Assembly (NCBI GenBank): GCA_964036045.1
Contig: OZ038378.1
Location: 17,856,001-17,920,000, forward strand
DNA: 64,000 nucleotides
From: Eutreptiella sp. 'Long Island Sound 2002'
Lineage: Eukaryota > Protista > Euglenida
Direction of reading: 5' to 3'
In this document: piece by piece, positions 1-10,910 of the stretch
Layout of the letters: the number at the start of each line of letters is the position of its first letter
Position numbering within the stretch: position 1 is the first letter of the stretch
Position numbers and translations under genes: made by a program
The notes under the pieces: model-generated
Database searches by the model: none
What the model saw: only the letters and a program-made list of their open reading frames with translations
Told to the model about the DNA's origin: nothing

Positions 1-118
1 TAAAATGGGCATATCAGAAAAATTGCAGAAAGTGCAAAAAATTGCGAAAAATTGCGAAAAATTGCGAAATTGCTGGAAATTGTGAAAAATTGCGGACCTC
101 AATTTTTCCACCCCCCTG
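1..118. mobile_element. End of a CAGGG-terminated MITE with internal AAAATTGCG repeats
   Basis: Tandem aaaaattgcg units ending in ..cccccctg (118), the same CAGGG terminus type as the hAT MITE at 49766. Truncated by the window edge. Confidence 0.5.
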
Positions 119-208
119 CGTGGTGTAGCGACTGGCTGCCTTGAACATGGGCTTGGGATACGCCATCCGCGTTGCAGACAGCTGTACATAGTGCACGACC
201 CAGCTGCA

Positions 209-919
209 CCTGATATGATCTGGTTAGTGCCATTGCTGCCACTTGCGTTGGAGGGGAGTAGGGGCTTCAGTAAATGTAACGGCATGAGGGTGGATAGCTG
301 GGGGGTTAAAGCCTGGTTAAGGTGAGCTAGGCGAAAATGTCGGTGGAACCTTGAGTAGGCTTACCATGGTTTGATAGGGGACCTCGCGGCCATTTCTTGC
401 ATTCTGAGTTCCAGTGTACCGTGGTGCACCAACTGAGAGGGCCAATTGCTCTCTGTCCTGGCATGGTCACTACGGGCACGTGCACAAGTCGTAAGACAGC
501 CGAGAGTACCAACCCATTTTTTCCTGTGTCCTCATTCCGATGAAGCCAATGGACAAGGAGCTTGCACACCCACCTCCCTCCTACTGGACTGCAACCACTC
601 AGAGGCACACAACTTCAAAAAAGGGTGGGAATGAAACACGATGCAAATTGGTGTGAGAAACGCACTGGCAAACCGCACTGTCAGAGCGAGAACCCACTGC
701 ATATCTGCTGTAATGGAGGGGCGGGGGCTGCGTGAATTACAGATTGGGACTTCAGGAACTGTGACCCACTTTCCAGACGGAGACTGACATGGTAATGACT
801 GCAATGCATGTGCACTTATGGAAAGCACCTGAGATCTCCTGCCCGTCTTTCGACTGGCTTCGGTCTCCTTGCGATATGGTGCTGTCCGACGCATCAACAC
901 TACTTTCAGCAGGAAGTCC
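209..919 (-). CDS. Possible internal exons of an unidentified gene (829-919, 365-457, next exon starting at 209)
   Basis: Good acceptor ccctatctcctatcgtcag|919, donor 829|gtgctt, acceptor ccag|457, donor 365|gtaagc, acceptor atcag|209. The phases chain without stops (..RKTGRRSQ/DREQLALSVGAPRYTGTQNARNGREVPYQTM/VQLGR..), but a second frame is also open and no family is recognised. Confidence 0.35.
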
Positions 920-1039
920 CTGACGATAGGAGATAGGGTCAGTCAGGACCACTCAGGCGGGAATCAGGCAGTCATGTCCTGCTGCTGCAGGCAGCGAATC
1001 CGCTTCCACCCCCCCCCCCTCTCAATTAAAACAGAACAA

Positions 1040-1040
<1 letters not shown>

Positions 1041-1074
<34 letters not shown>

Positions 1075-1091
1075 AGGAGGAGGAGGAGGAG
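1041..1091. repeat. (CA)16 followed by (AGG)6
   Basis: Directly visible. Confidence 0.95.
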
Positions 1092-1532
1092 ATGCGGTCC
1101 CCCGGTAGGGCGCCCCCGCGGCACATCCCCATGGTGCCCGCCGGCCCTCCACGGTCTGGTAAGCGACCGGGAGGGAGGTTTCACCCCAACCCGTCCGGCT
1201 AAGCATCATGGCGGCGGCTCTCCTCTTCGTCTCCTCCCCTTGTCCCCTGGTCCGCGCTACGTGCATGCACCCGCCCTACACGTAGCCGGATCCCCTCCCA
1301 GGGGCACGGAATGGGGGGCGAGGCGGAGCGCCGGCTCCACTTCCGGCACGGTCCACCACCCCCCCAAGGGAACGGGGACGCAGTCTCACGGGTGTGGGCC
1401 CTTAGCCGCCAGGTACTACCGACTGGGCGGCGTTTGGCCGGCAGATCACGGGGGCTTGGTCCGTGGCCCGGTCCCCCCCCCTCCCCCGGCGCACGGCACT
1501 TCTGCCGAAGGTGTCCGTGCGCGGAGCCTTCT

Positions 1533-3355
1533 CATGGCAGCGGCAGTGCCTTCACAATGAGGCAGCACTGCCTTTAAACAGTGGTGCCACTGCCTCTGCA
1601 ATGCTGCATGCCTTTGGAATGCTGCAGCACTGCATCCCAACACTGCAGCGCTGCCAGTGGACTGCAGCAACAGTGCCTGTGGACGGCAGCAGCACTGTTG
1701 TTGGACAGTGACACTGCCTTCCCAATGAGGCAGCACTGCCTTCAGTTGGTGGCAGCAATGCCTGCACATGGCAGCGGCAGTGCCTTCACAATGAGGCAGC
1801 ACTGCCTTTAAACAGTGGTGCCACTGCCTCTGCAATGCTGCATGCCTTTGGAATGCTGCAGCACTGCATCCCAACACTGCAGCGCTGCCAGTGGACTGCA
1901 GCAACAGTGCCCGTGGACGGCAGCAGCACTGTTGTTGGACAGTGACACTGCCTTCCCAATGAGGCAGCACTGCCTTCAGTTGGTGGCAGCAATGCCTTCA
2001 CATGGCAGCGGCATTGCCCTCACCGTGTGGCAGCACTGCCTTCAAACAGTGGTGCCACTGCCTCTGCAATGCTGCATGCCTTTGGTATGCTGCAGCACTG
2101 CATCCCAACACTGCAGCGCTGCCAGTGGACTGCAGCAACAATGCCCGTGGACGGCAGCAGCACTGTTGTTGGACAGTGACACTGCCTTCCCAATGAGGCA
2201 GCACGGCCTTCAGTTGGTGGCAGCACTGCCTTCACATGGCAGCGGCAGTGCCTTCACAATGTGGCAGCACTGCCTTCAGTTGGTGGCATACCTTCGCATG
2301 ACAGCGGCAGTGCCTTCACAATGTGGCAGCACTGCCTTCAAACAGTGGTGCCACTGCCTCTGCAATGCTGCATGCCTTTGGAATGCTGCAGCACTGCATC
2401 CCAACACTGCAACAGTGCCTGTGGACTGCAGCAACAGTGCCTGTGGACGGCAGCAGCACTGTTGTTGGACAGTGACACTGCCTTCCCAATGAGGCAGCAC
2501 TGCCTTCAGTTGGTGGCAGCAATGCCTGCACATGGCAGCGGCAGTGCCTTCACAATGAGGCAGCGCTGCCTTCAAACAGTGGTGCCACTGCCTCTGCAAT
2601 GCTGCATGCCTTTGGAATGCTGCAGCACTGCATCCCAACACTGCAGCGCTGCCAGTGGACTGCAGCAACAGTGCCCGTGGACGGCAGCAGCACTGTTGTT
2701 GGACAGTGACACTGCCTTCCCAATGAGGCAGCACTGCCTTCAGTTGGTGGCAGCAATGCCTGCACATGGCAGCGGCAGTGCCTTCACCGTGTGGCAGCAC
2801 TGCCTTCAAACAGTGGTGCCACTGCCTCTGCAATGCTGCATGCCTTTGGTATGCTGCAGCACTGCATCCCAACACTGCAGCGCTGCCAGTGGACTGCAGC
2901 AACAGTGCCCGTGGACGGCAGCAGCACTGTTGTTGGACAGTGACACTGCCTTCCCAATGAGGCAGCACTGCCTTCAGTTGGTGGCAGCAATGCCTGCACA
3001 TGGCAGCGGCAGTGCCTTCACAATGAGGCAGCACTGCCTTTAAACAGTGGTGCCACTGCCTCTGCAATGCTGCATGCCTTTGGTATGCTGCAGCACTGCA
3101 TCCCAACACTGCAGCGCTGCCCGTGGACTGCAGCAACAGTGCCCGTGGACGGCAGCAGCTCTGTTGTTGGACAGTGACACTGCCTTCCCAATGAGGCAGC
3201 ACTGCCTTCAGTTGGTGGCAGCAATGCCTGCACATGGCAGCGGCATTGCCTTCACAATGTGGCAGCACTGCCTTCAAACAGTGGTGTCACTGCCTCTGCA
3301 ATGCTGCATGCCTTTGGAATGCTGCAGCGATGCATCCCGACACTGCAGCACTGCC
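1533..3355. repeat. 234-bp tandem satellite, about 7.5 copies, built of short dyads (AGGCAGCACTGCCT, TGCAGCACTGCA)
   Basis: Near-identical 71-aa ORFs recur at 1552, 1786, 2020, 2316, 2550, 2784, 3018 and 3252 (period 234, with one 62-bp extra partial unit). Confidence 0.95.
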
Positions 3356-3384
3356 ATTCTCCACATCCCTCCGGCCACACCCAC

Positions 3385-3890
3385 GTGTCCCCCCAAAACC
3401 CCCACGGGGCGCCCCTATCCCTCCCCGGCCCAGGCAGGACCGGAGGGACTAGGGTGTATCCGCCGCTGTGTGGGGGTGGGTGGTGTGGTGTCCCCTCAAA
3501 ACCCCCACGGGGCGCCCCTATCCCTCCCCGGCCCAGGCAGGACCGGAGGGACTCGGGTGTATCCGCCGCTGTGTGGGGGTGGGTGGTGTGGTGTCCCCTC
3601 ATAACCCCCACGGGGCGTCCCTATCCCTCCCCGGCCCAGGCAGGACCGGAGGGACTCGGGTGTATCCGCCGCTGTGTGGGGGTGGGTGGTGTGGTGTCCC
3701 CTCCTAACCCCCACGGGGCGTCCCTATCCCTCCCCGGCCCAGGCAGGACCGGAGGGACTCAGGTGTATCCGCCGCTGTGTGGGGGTGGGTGGTGTGGTGT
3801 CCCCTCATAACCCCCACGGGGCGTCCCTATCCCTCCCCGGCCCAGGCAGGACCGGAGGGACTCGGGTGTATCCGCCGCTGTGTGGGGGCG
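3385..3890. repeat. 103-bp GC-rich tandem repeat, about 5 copies
   Basis: Unit ..cccccacggggcg(c/t)ccctatccctccccggcccaggcaggaccggagggact..gtgtgggggtgggtggtgtggtgt; ORF starts 3674 and 3777 are 103 apart. Confidence 0.95.
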
Positions 3891-3916
3891 TCCCTCGGCG
3901 GCACAGGTTCCTGGGT

Positions 3917-4460
3917 GCAGATGCTGGAAACTGGCCCATACATTGACATGCACACTGTGGCCAGTCGCATGTCAAGGATCCATGGCCGTACATGCGGTTC
4001 ACAGCGGTGCAGGAACAACCTGAAATTCCGAAACACGAAGCATTCTGCGAAACACACAGAGAAATGTATTGCCTTGGATGCAACAGACACAGTTGCACAG
4101 CCAGGCCAGGTGCAAGTGGACAATCAGTTGTGCCACACAGCAAATTGCCGAACAGCATAAAAGTGCGTACCCAATTCTGAACCGCATGCCACCACTGGCT
4201 CACAATTCACAGCATTCCACGCCCAAATGGGCTGTGGTTTTGGCGCAGATGCTGTAAACTGGCCCATACAGTGACATGCACACTGTGGCCAGTCGCATGT
4301 CCAGGAGTCATGGCCGTACATGCGGTTCACAGCGGTGCAGGAACAACCTGAAATTCCGAAACACGAAACATTCTGCGAAATACATAGAGAAATGTATTGC
4401 CTTGGATGCAACCAGGCCAGGTGCAAGTGGACAATCAGTGGTGCCACACAGCAAATCGCC
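3917..4460. repeat. Direct duplication of about 230 bp (3917-4148 and 4245-4460)
   Basis: gcagatgctg..ggcccatac..cggtgcaggaacaacctgaaattccgaaacacga..gtgccacacagcaaat occurs twice; the second copy lacks about 18 bp. Confidence 0.9.
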
Positions 4461-5014
4461 CCATGACCTGTGACCGGGGGGCCTCCCCTTATTTCAAGGC
4501 CATTCATGGGGAGCCTGACTGCCGGAGCTGCAGGTAGGTGCCATTACCCCGGCGCAGTGAGCACCGTAACGGCAGGCGCTGGGCCTTTCCTCCGCCCCGG
4601 CGCCGTCTCCCCGTCACTCCACCGTCTCCCAGCTCCCGTGGGCCCGACCGGGCACCGCGGAGGCTTCGGTAGACCCCATGTCCAAAAGCTTGATCCCCCA
4701 ACCCATGATGCACCTGTGCAGAACACGCGGAACGCATGGGCTGGTGCAAGGGGGGAAACTCAAGCCCTGGGGTGGGCTGGGCCACAGGGAGACCCGGAAA
4801 CCCTCGCTAACCGCCACCCCCCGGTGGAGCCCGCCCTGTACCATCGTGGCTCCCCCACGGTGGTCGGCGGGGGATGGGGCGCGTGATCCCGTGACCCAGC
4901 CGCCGTGGCTGGACTGGGTCGCCCCCCAGATTGCGTGTTAGCCCAGGGGTGCCCCCCCCCTGGTTTCACCCCCACACCACGGTGAGGTCACGCGCCCCTG
5001 GGCGGCCGTGGGGG

Positions 5015-6179
<1,165 letters not shown>

Positions 6180-6610
6180 CTGCGAGTAACACCAGCACCA
6201 GTCCTGAGGACCAAAGGCACTGCTACCACAACCAAAAAAAGAAGTGCGTTTGCAGACACACATGCACAACGAAGGTACGTACAATCACTTGTAAAGCACT
6301 CTGAATCTGCCAGAGGTTCCGACCCCCTTTGTGCCTTCTGCTGACAATACAAAGAGTTGGGGGCATTTGATGGACTTCACGGGGTTGGCAGCTCAGCACC
6401 ACAAACGCACACAGAAAGCAGAACCGGCACTGCACGCGACGACATCACTGTAGTTACCAGGCAAGCCTTGCATGCACCACGACATACACGTGGCAGGTGA
6501 CGGACATGGTCTGTGCACCCACCCACCGCCCTTCCGAGGATTGCGGAGACGTCAGATCAACGGGGATGGAGGAAATGCAAAGAAATGGAAAGTACACCAT
6601 CATTGGTGAG

Positions 6611-6635
6611 TCACACACACGCACACACACACACG

Positions 6636-6698
<63 letters not shown>

Positions 6699-6719
6699 AC
6701 ACACCCACACACACACACA
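6611..6719. repeat. (CA)n microsatellite
   Basis: Directly visible. Confidence 0.95.
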
Positions 6720-7620
6720 GGGCGTCCTCTCGCCGGTGCAAAGACACCCATGGCACTGAATTTCATGTCATGGGAATGACTACATGTGAAACTGTCAGCG
6801 CTGGTAGGGGAGACAACGCCGGGGGGGCAGTACGCTTCAACCGTGATGCACCCTCCAGGTCCCCCCAAGTCCTGATGGACACACACGACCTCAAGCAACA
6901 AGCACCAAATGCCGCGGGTTGGGTCGGCCCGGGATTGCAGCCTGTTGTGGGGGTGTGGGGGGCGTGCATGGCGGGTGCTCCGTCCTTGGTCCAGCGCCAT
7001 TGGGCCCGACGCCACCCTCAGTTTCCTCGGTGAACCCTCGGTCTCACGGTCACCTGAACTGATGAGCGCCGCTAAATCCACGAGGGCTGTGCCCATTTTG
7101 CAGGGGCTTGGGCTGGGTGGGGGCTTGGTGGAGTACGTGTGTGCAGAGGCATGTGGCCAGCCAGTCCTCGGCGACTCTGCGCTCGGGCTGAGGGGACGTT
7201 CGTCCTGAAACGGGGAGGGGGCACTTACATACACTTCGCCCATCGCAAGCCCCTGATGTGTAGACGTATCATACCTCAGCGGCAGTAGAGTCTTCGCGCC
7301 CCTCGGCAATGGAAGGCTCCCCCGGCTGATCTTGTGCATCAGGCCCTTTGTCGTGCGTTTTCTTATCAGATTGCGGCAGGGGCTCCAGAACGCCGCTGCG
7401 GTCCCCCCCAGCTGCACTCGCCTCGTGCCGAACGGCGTCATCGCGGTGCTCTAGATACAGCGACCGGGGGACGTAGAGGTTAGAATCGAAATGGCGACCG
7501 TAATTGGGCGCCCGGCGCTTCCACGTGGGGTCCTGATGCGCGACTGATGAGCGGGCAGTATCCTCGGGATCCCCGAATTCGGAAGCCGTCTGCATGTGGC
7601 GTCGGATAATCAGTAGGGCA
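6720..7620 (-). mobile_element. Degenerate LINE-like ORF2 3' fragment followed by a (TG)n tail
   Basis: Frameshifted peptides HVLHQAP (~7122-7140) and MGTALVDLAAL resemble fragments at 4700, 35220, 50800 and 54130. The 3' end abuts (TG)n on the minus strand. Confidence 0.35.
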
Positions 7621-8804
7621 TGGGGAAAGAGGTCCAGGAGACATGCGCCTCTCCCCTTTGCAGGCCGTACCTTATTGGACCTGTTTGCTGCCTACCTCCG
7701 GTAACAAATGCCTCTTCCCACACGTATGCAGCGCACACGTGCCCTGTCCCATCCCCTCCATTGGTATGCCTACCAGCTCGCCAAACCTCTCTCCAGGCGC
7801 CCTCTAAACACATCTAGGACATGCTCAGACGCAAACCCCGTCTTGCAGAAGCCAGGCAAACGTGGTGGAAAAAAATTTGGGGGGCTTCTGTTCTACCCAT
7901 CGAAGTGCTAGGACATGGTGTTCCGTTCCGGAGTAGGTATTTTATTGCAACTTCCAATCACAATGTAGCTTTTTTGCCCAATCTACTCGGGGTTGCACTC
8001 TCAAGCACATAACAATTCCTTGACGCGCTTGAAAGGCTAAAACACCTTGTAGAATGGCATATGAGTCGTACCCGACCCATTGGAGGCCAAGTGCCAAATG
8101 CCCCGGATCCCGCATGAAATGGTGACCAACACGAGGCACACCTCATCCGGTGGCTTCTTGAAAGATTGCCTCCCGCTCATTGTAGACCATGACGAATACA
8201 ACTCTTGTTCTTCTGTGACAAAAAGTAAAGGACAAAATTATTCCTTCGTGAAATGGACAACGTTCGCATGGGACGCACCATATCAACCCCGCTAGGATAC
8301 ATTGCATAACCCAAGCGCAAATGGGTCGGTCATAGGCCGACGAAGGCTGGAGCCCTAGACACGGGTACACCAACCGCAAAGGTAAAACCGAAAATTAATT
8401 GAGCAATCGGAGCAATAGGACCCAAGCGCAAACCATGCCATTGTGTGAAATGCTAGCCGGCCTACATTTGCCGAAAATGTTAGGTTGGTCGACAATAGTG
8501 CACACGACGACCTCTTGGGCATCACAGAGCACAGGCGCGTGGCAAAAAAGTGAAAGATCCAACGAAAAGACAACGATATTAGATGTTGATTCCACTAACG
8601 AGGAGCATTGTGGTATGGTAGCCACTAGCTACGGTGAGCAATTGTTGACTCGTGTGTTGACTTGTGTGTGTGGATATTCACCTCTTTGCGATGGGCCAAA
8701 AAGACATCAACATCATCATCAACAACGACGACAAATTGCAAATTATTCCTCTTTTTCAAGATTCTAATGTGGTAGATCGCTTGCAAAGAAGATAATTCGC
8801 GAAT

Positions 8805-10318
8805 TTACGTGTGCTCGGGTAGGATTCGATTTGCAAACATATCAAAGACCATAGATCGCGAGGCACGAGTATCCTTCTTACATTTCACGACGATAATCGT
8901 TCTAACCGCTTTTGCAAGTGACAATGTCGGACAATAATGGGTAGTCACTCCGCGAGATGCCGGTACGATACTCTCGCTCCATACCAACAATCCTTGAATG
9001 GGATGAAATTGGGTTATTAAGATTTAGGTTGCATCACAAAATGGAACCTTTGGGGTGTTTGACAGGCATGGGAAAGAAGGTCGATTTGTACATACACGAC
9101 GCAATTTAGTTTAAAGTTCGTTGCGGTGATTGCGATAGTTTGGAGATCCTTTCCTCCGATTCCTTTGGGTTGAGCAACATTGAGCGACACTTTGAGCAGT
9201 GGATGGGAATTTTGGGTGAATTGCACTTGTGAGGCATTCACCTAAACCGAAGGTTTAAAACCGAAAAACGATTTGCCACAATGGCCCACACCTTTGCCTC
9301 CTTAGTAGAATGAGAATATTAGAGTACGATTATCTCGCCCTTACACAAAGGCAAATGAAGGAATCCATCTTGCAGCGCGGGGCGCGAATTCATCCGGCGT
9401 GCACGGGCTACAAAGCACGACAACCTGGGCCTCTTCTGGACGTTTCATTCCCCGTTCTTCTAGAGGTTTCATTCCCCATTCTGGCAGTTCCTTTGCCCCT
9501 AACGGAGGAGCTTATGTGCTTCTTTCTTGGAGAGGAGTCCTAAGACAACAAGACGCAGGCAAAGACCGGGTTTTCTCCGATGGAACACGCATAACCGTCG
9601 TCAAATGCTTGCACACAAAGAAAAGTGCCACGGAGTGTGTGGACCAATTGGTGCAACCGAGGACACAAAGACAACAAACATGTTCGTGTATCACCGAACG
9701 CCGAATATTTCAAATACATCACCCATCAAACGGGTCAAATTTGTCCAAACTTTCTTGAATTAGTGAGCAACTCAACCGACGATGCCGCTTCACAAAATTC
9801 CCGTTCCACAAAATTCGTAGATAGCTTGTGGGCAAAATGAAATCATTCGCCAACCCCATACACGAGCCCCGAATCCGGGGAACGCATACCGGTAGCATCT
9901 CCACCCCACCCCGCAGGGCAGCCGCTTGGGATCGGGTTCTCACCATGGTCAACACGGCGAAGCGGCCCCTTTTCGTGATACCAAACACCGTTGACGTGTT
10001 ACTATCCGTGAGGTCCTTGTTAGCCAACACCCCGGCCTCGGCAATCTCGGGACTATCATTCCAAAAATGAGGAAGCACTGTGGGCTTGTACGTGTAGTCA
10101 TCCCTGGCAGTGAGAACAATTTGTTGTTGATAGGGAAAGGCGGCACAGCCAACGCAAAGGCGACGAGGGAAGGATGCATTAGACACCAAAACCGCCCCGG
10201 TAGCTTCTAGTGTGATAGATATTGTGTGTCGTGCCCGGAAATAATGGTGGACGTTGAAAACCAAAAAAAACTTGCGTGAAAAATTCTTGTCCACCACGAA
10301 GATGGTCTTGATATCCAT
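8805..10318 (-). CDS. Diverged TANGO2/NRDE-family (Ntn-hydrolase fold) gene, probably multi-exon; could be a pseudogene
   Basis: ORF 9719-10318 has C..IVLTARDDYTYKPT..FWNDSPEI..STVFGITKRGRFAVLT, matching the family pattern C..L(V/I)LAANRDEF..RP..W..G.TW(L/F)GI...GR(F/L)A.LT. Possible later segments: ELPEWGMKPLEER..EEAQ (~9415-9490), HPLLKVSLNV (~9180-9200) and AVRTIIVV..RSM (8805-8990). The exon structure was not resolved. Confidence 0.55.
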
Positions 10319-10910
10319 CCAAACACAAGTGGCAAACTAAAACAACACACGTGGCATTCGCCCAAATTTCAAAGCCGTTTCAATGTCGACGTCGGAGTGC
10401 ATCGCGGCGCCCCAGTATAGAATTGAAGAATACGCAAAACATGTAATGCCCCAAACAACATGCTACATACCGATTAAAAAGAATAAGAACTTTGTAGTGC
10501 GGATGGCGTGGTTGGAAAGAAAAAATGCACGCCATGCATTTAGTTCACGGTCCCCGGCAAACGCAAGAACGCTTAATACTTGGGTGCCATCCACCACTAG
10601 CTTGCATTCACGACATGGTGGAATCTAGGGTTTAAAACGGAAGCGCACGATTGAAAAGCGCGACATTCTATTTGCTTGTAACACACGATGACGAATTGAG
10701 CCCTTAGGGCAACGTTGCGGGTGCGATGTGTTATGATGGGTCTTAGGGGCATTCTTGGCTCGTGTATCGCACAATGCGGAACCAAATCCGGAACTACCAC
10801 AAGAGGCTGAAATTAAAGATCGAGCCATTCTGAAAGTGAGCGTATTCTCACAATAAGAATATTCGTCATAGTGAATAATGGGGCAACTCGCAGCATAGCG
10901 CAACACATAA

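Larger units (their letters stand above)
1072..5014 (-). mobile_element. Composite degenerate LINE-like element with (CCT)n 3' tail, carrying internal satellites
   Basis: The GCATCT(CCT)n end is shared with copies at 29553 and 50508, and acatccccatggtgcc is shared with the 29552 copy. Peptide RVLHRCIMGWGIKLLD (4680-4727) resembles the post-RT LH.P..GG(L/W)G motif of non-LTR ORF2. Flanked by (CA)n on both sides. Confidence 0.45.

Noticed and set aside
1446-3277. Long Cys/Gln/Ala-rich ORFs of 174-333 aa on both strands
   Set aside because: Product of a 234-bp satellite (a multiple of 3) open in several frames on both strands; no coding asymmetry.
1533-3890. CRISPR-like array
   Set aside because: Units are contiguous near-identical repeats with no unique spacers; no cas genes; eukaryotic context.
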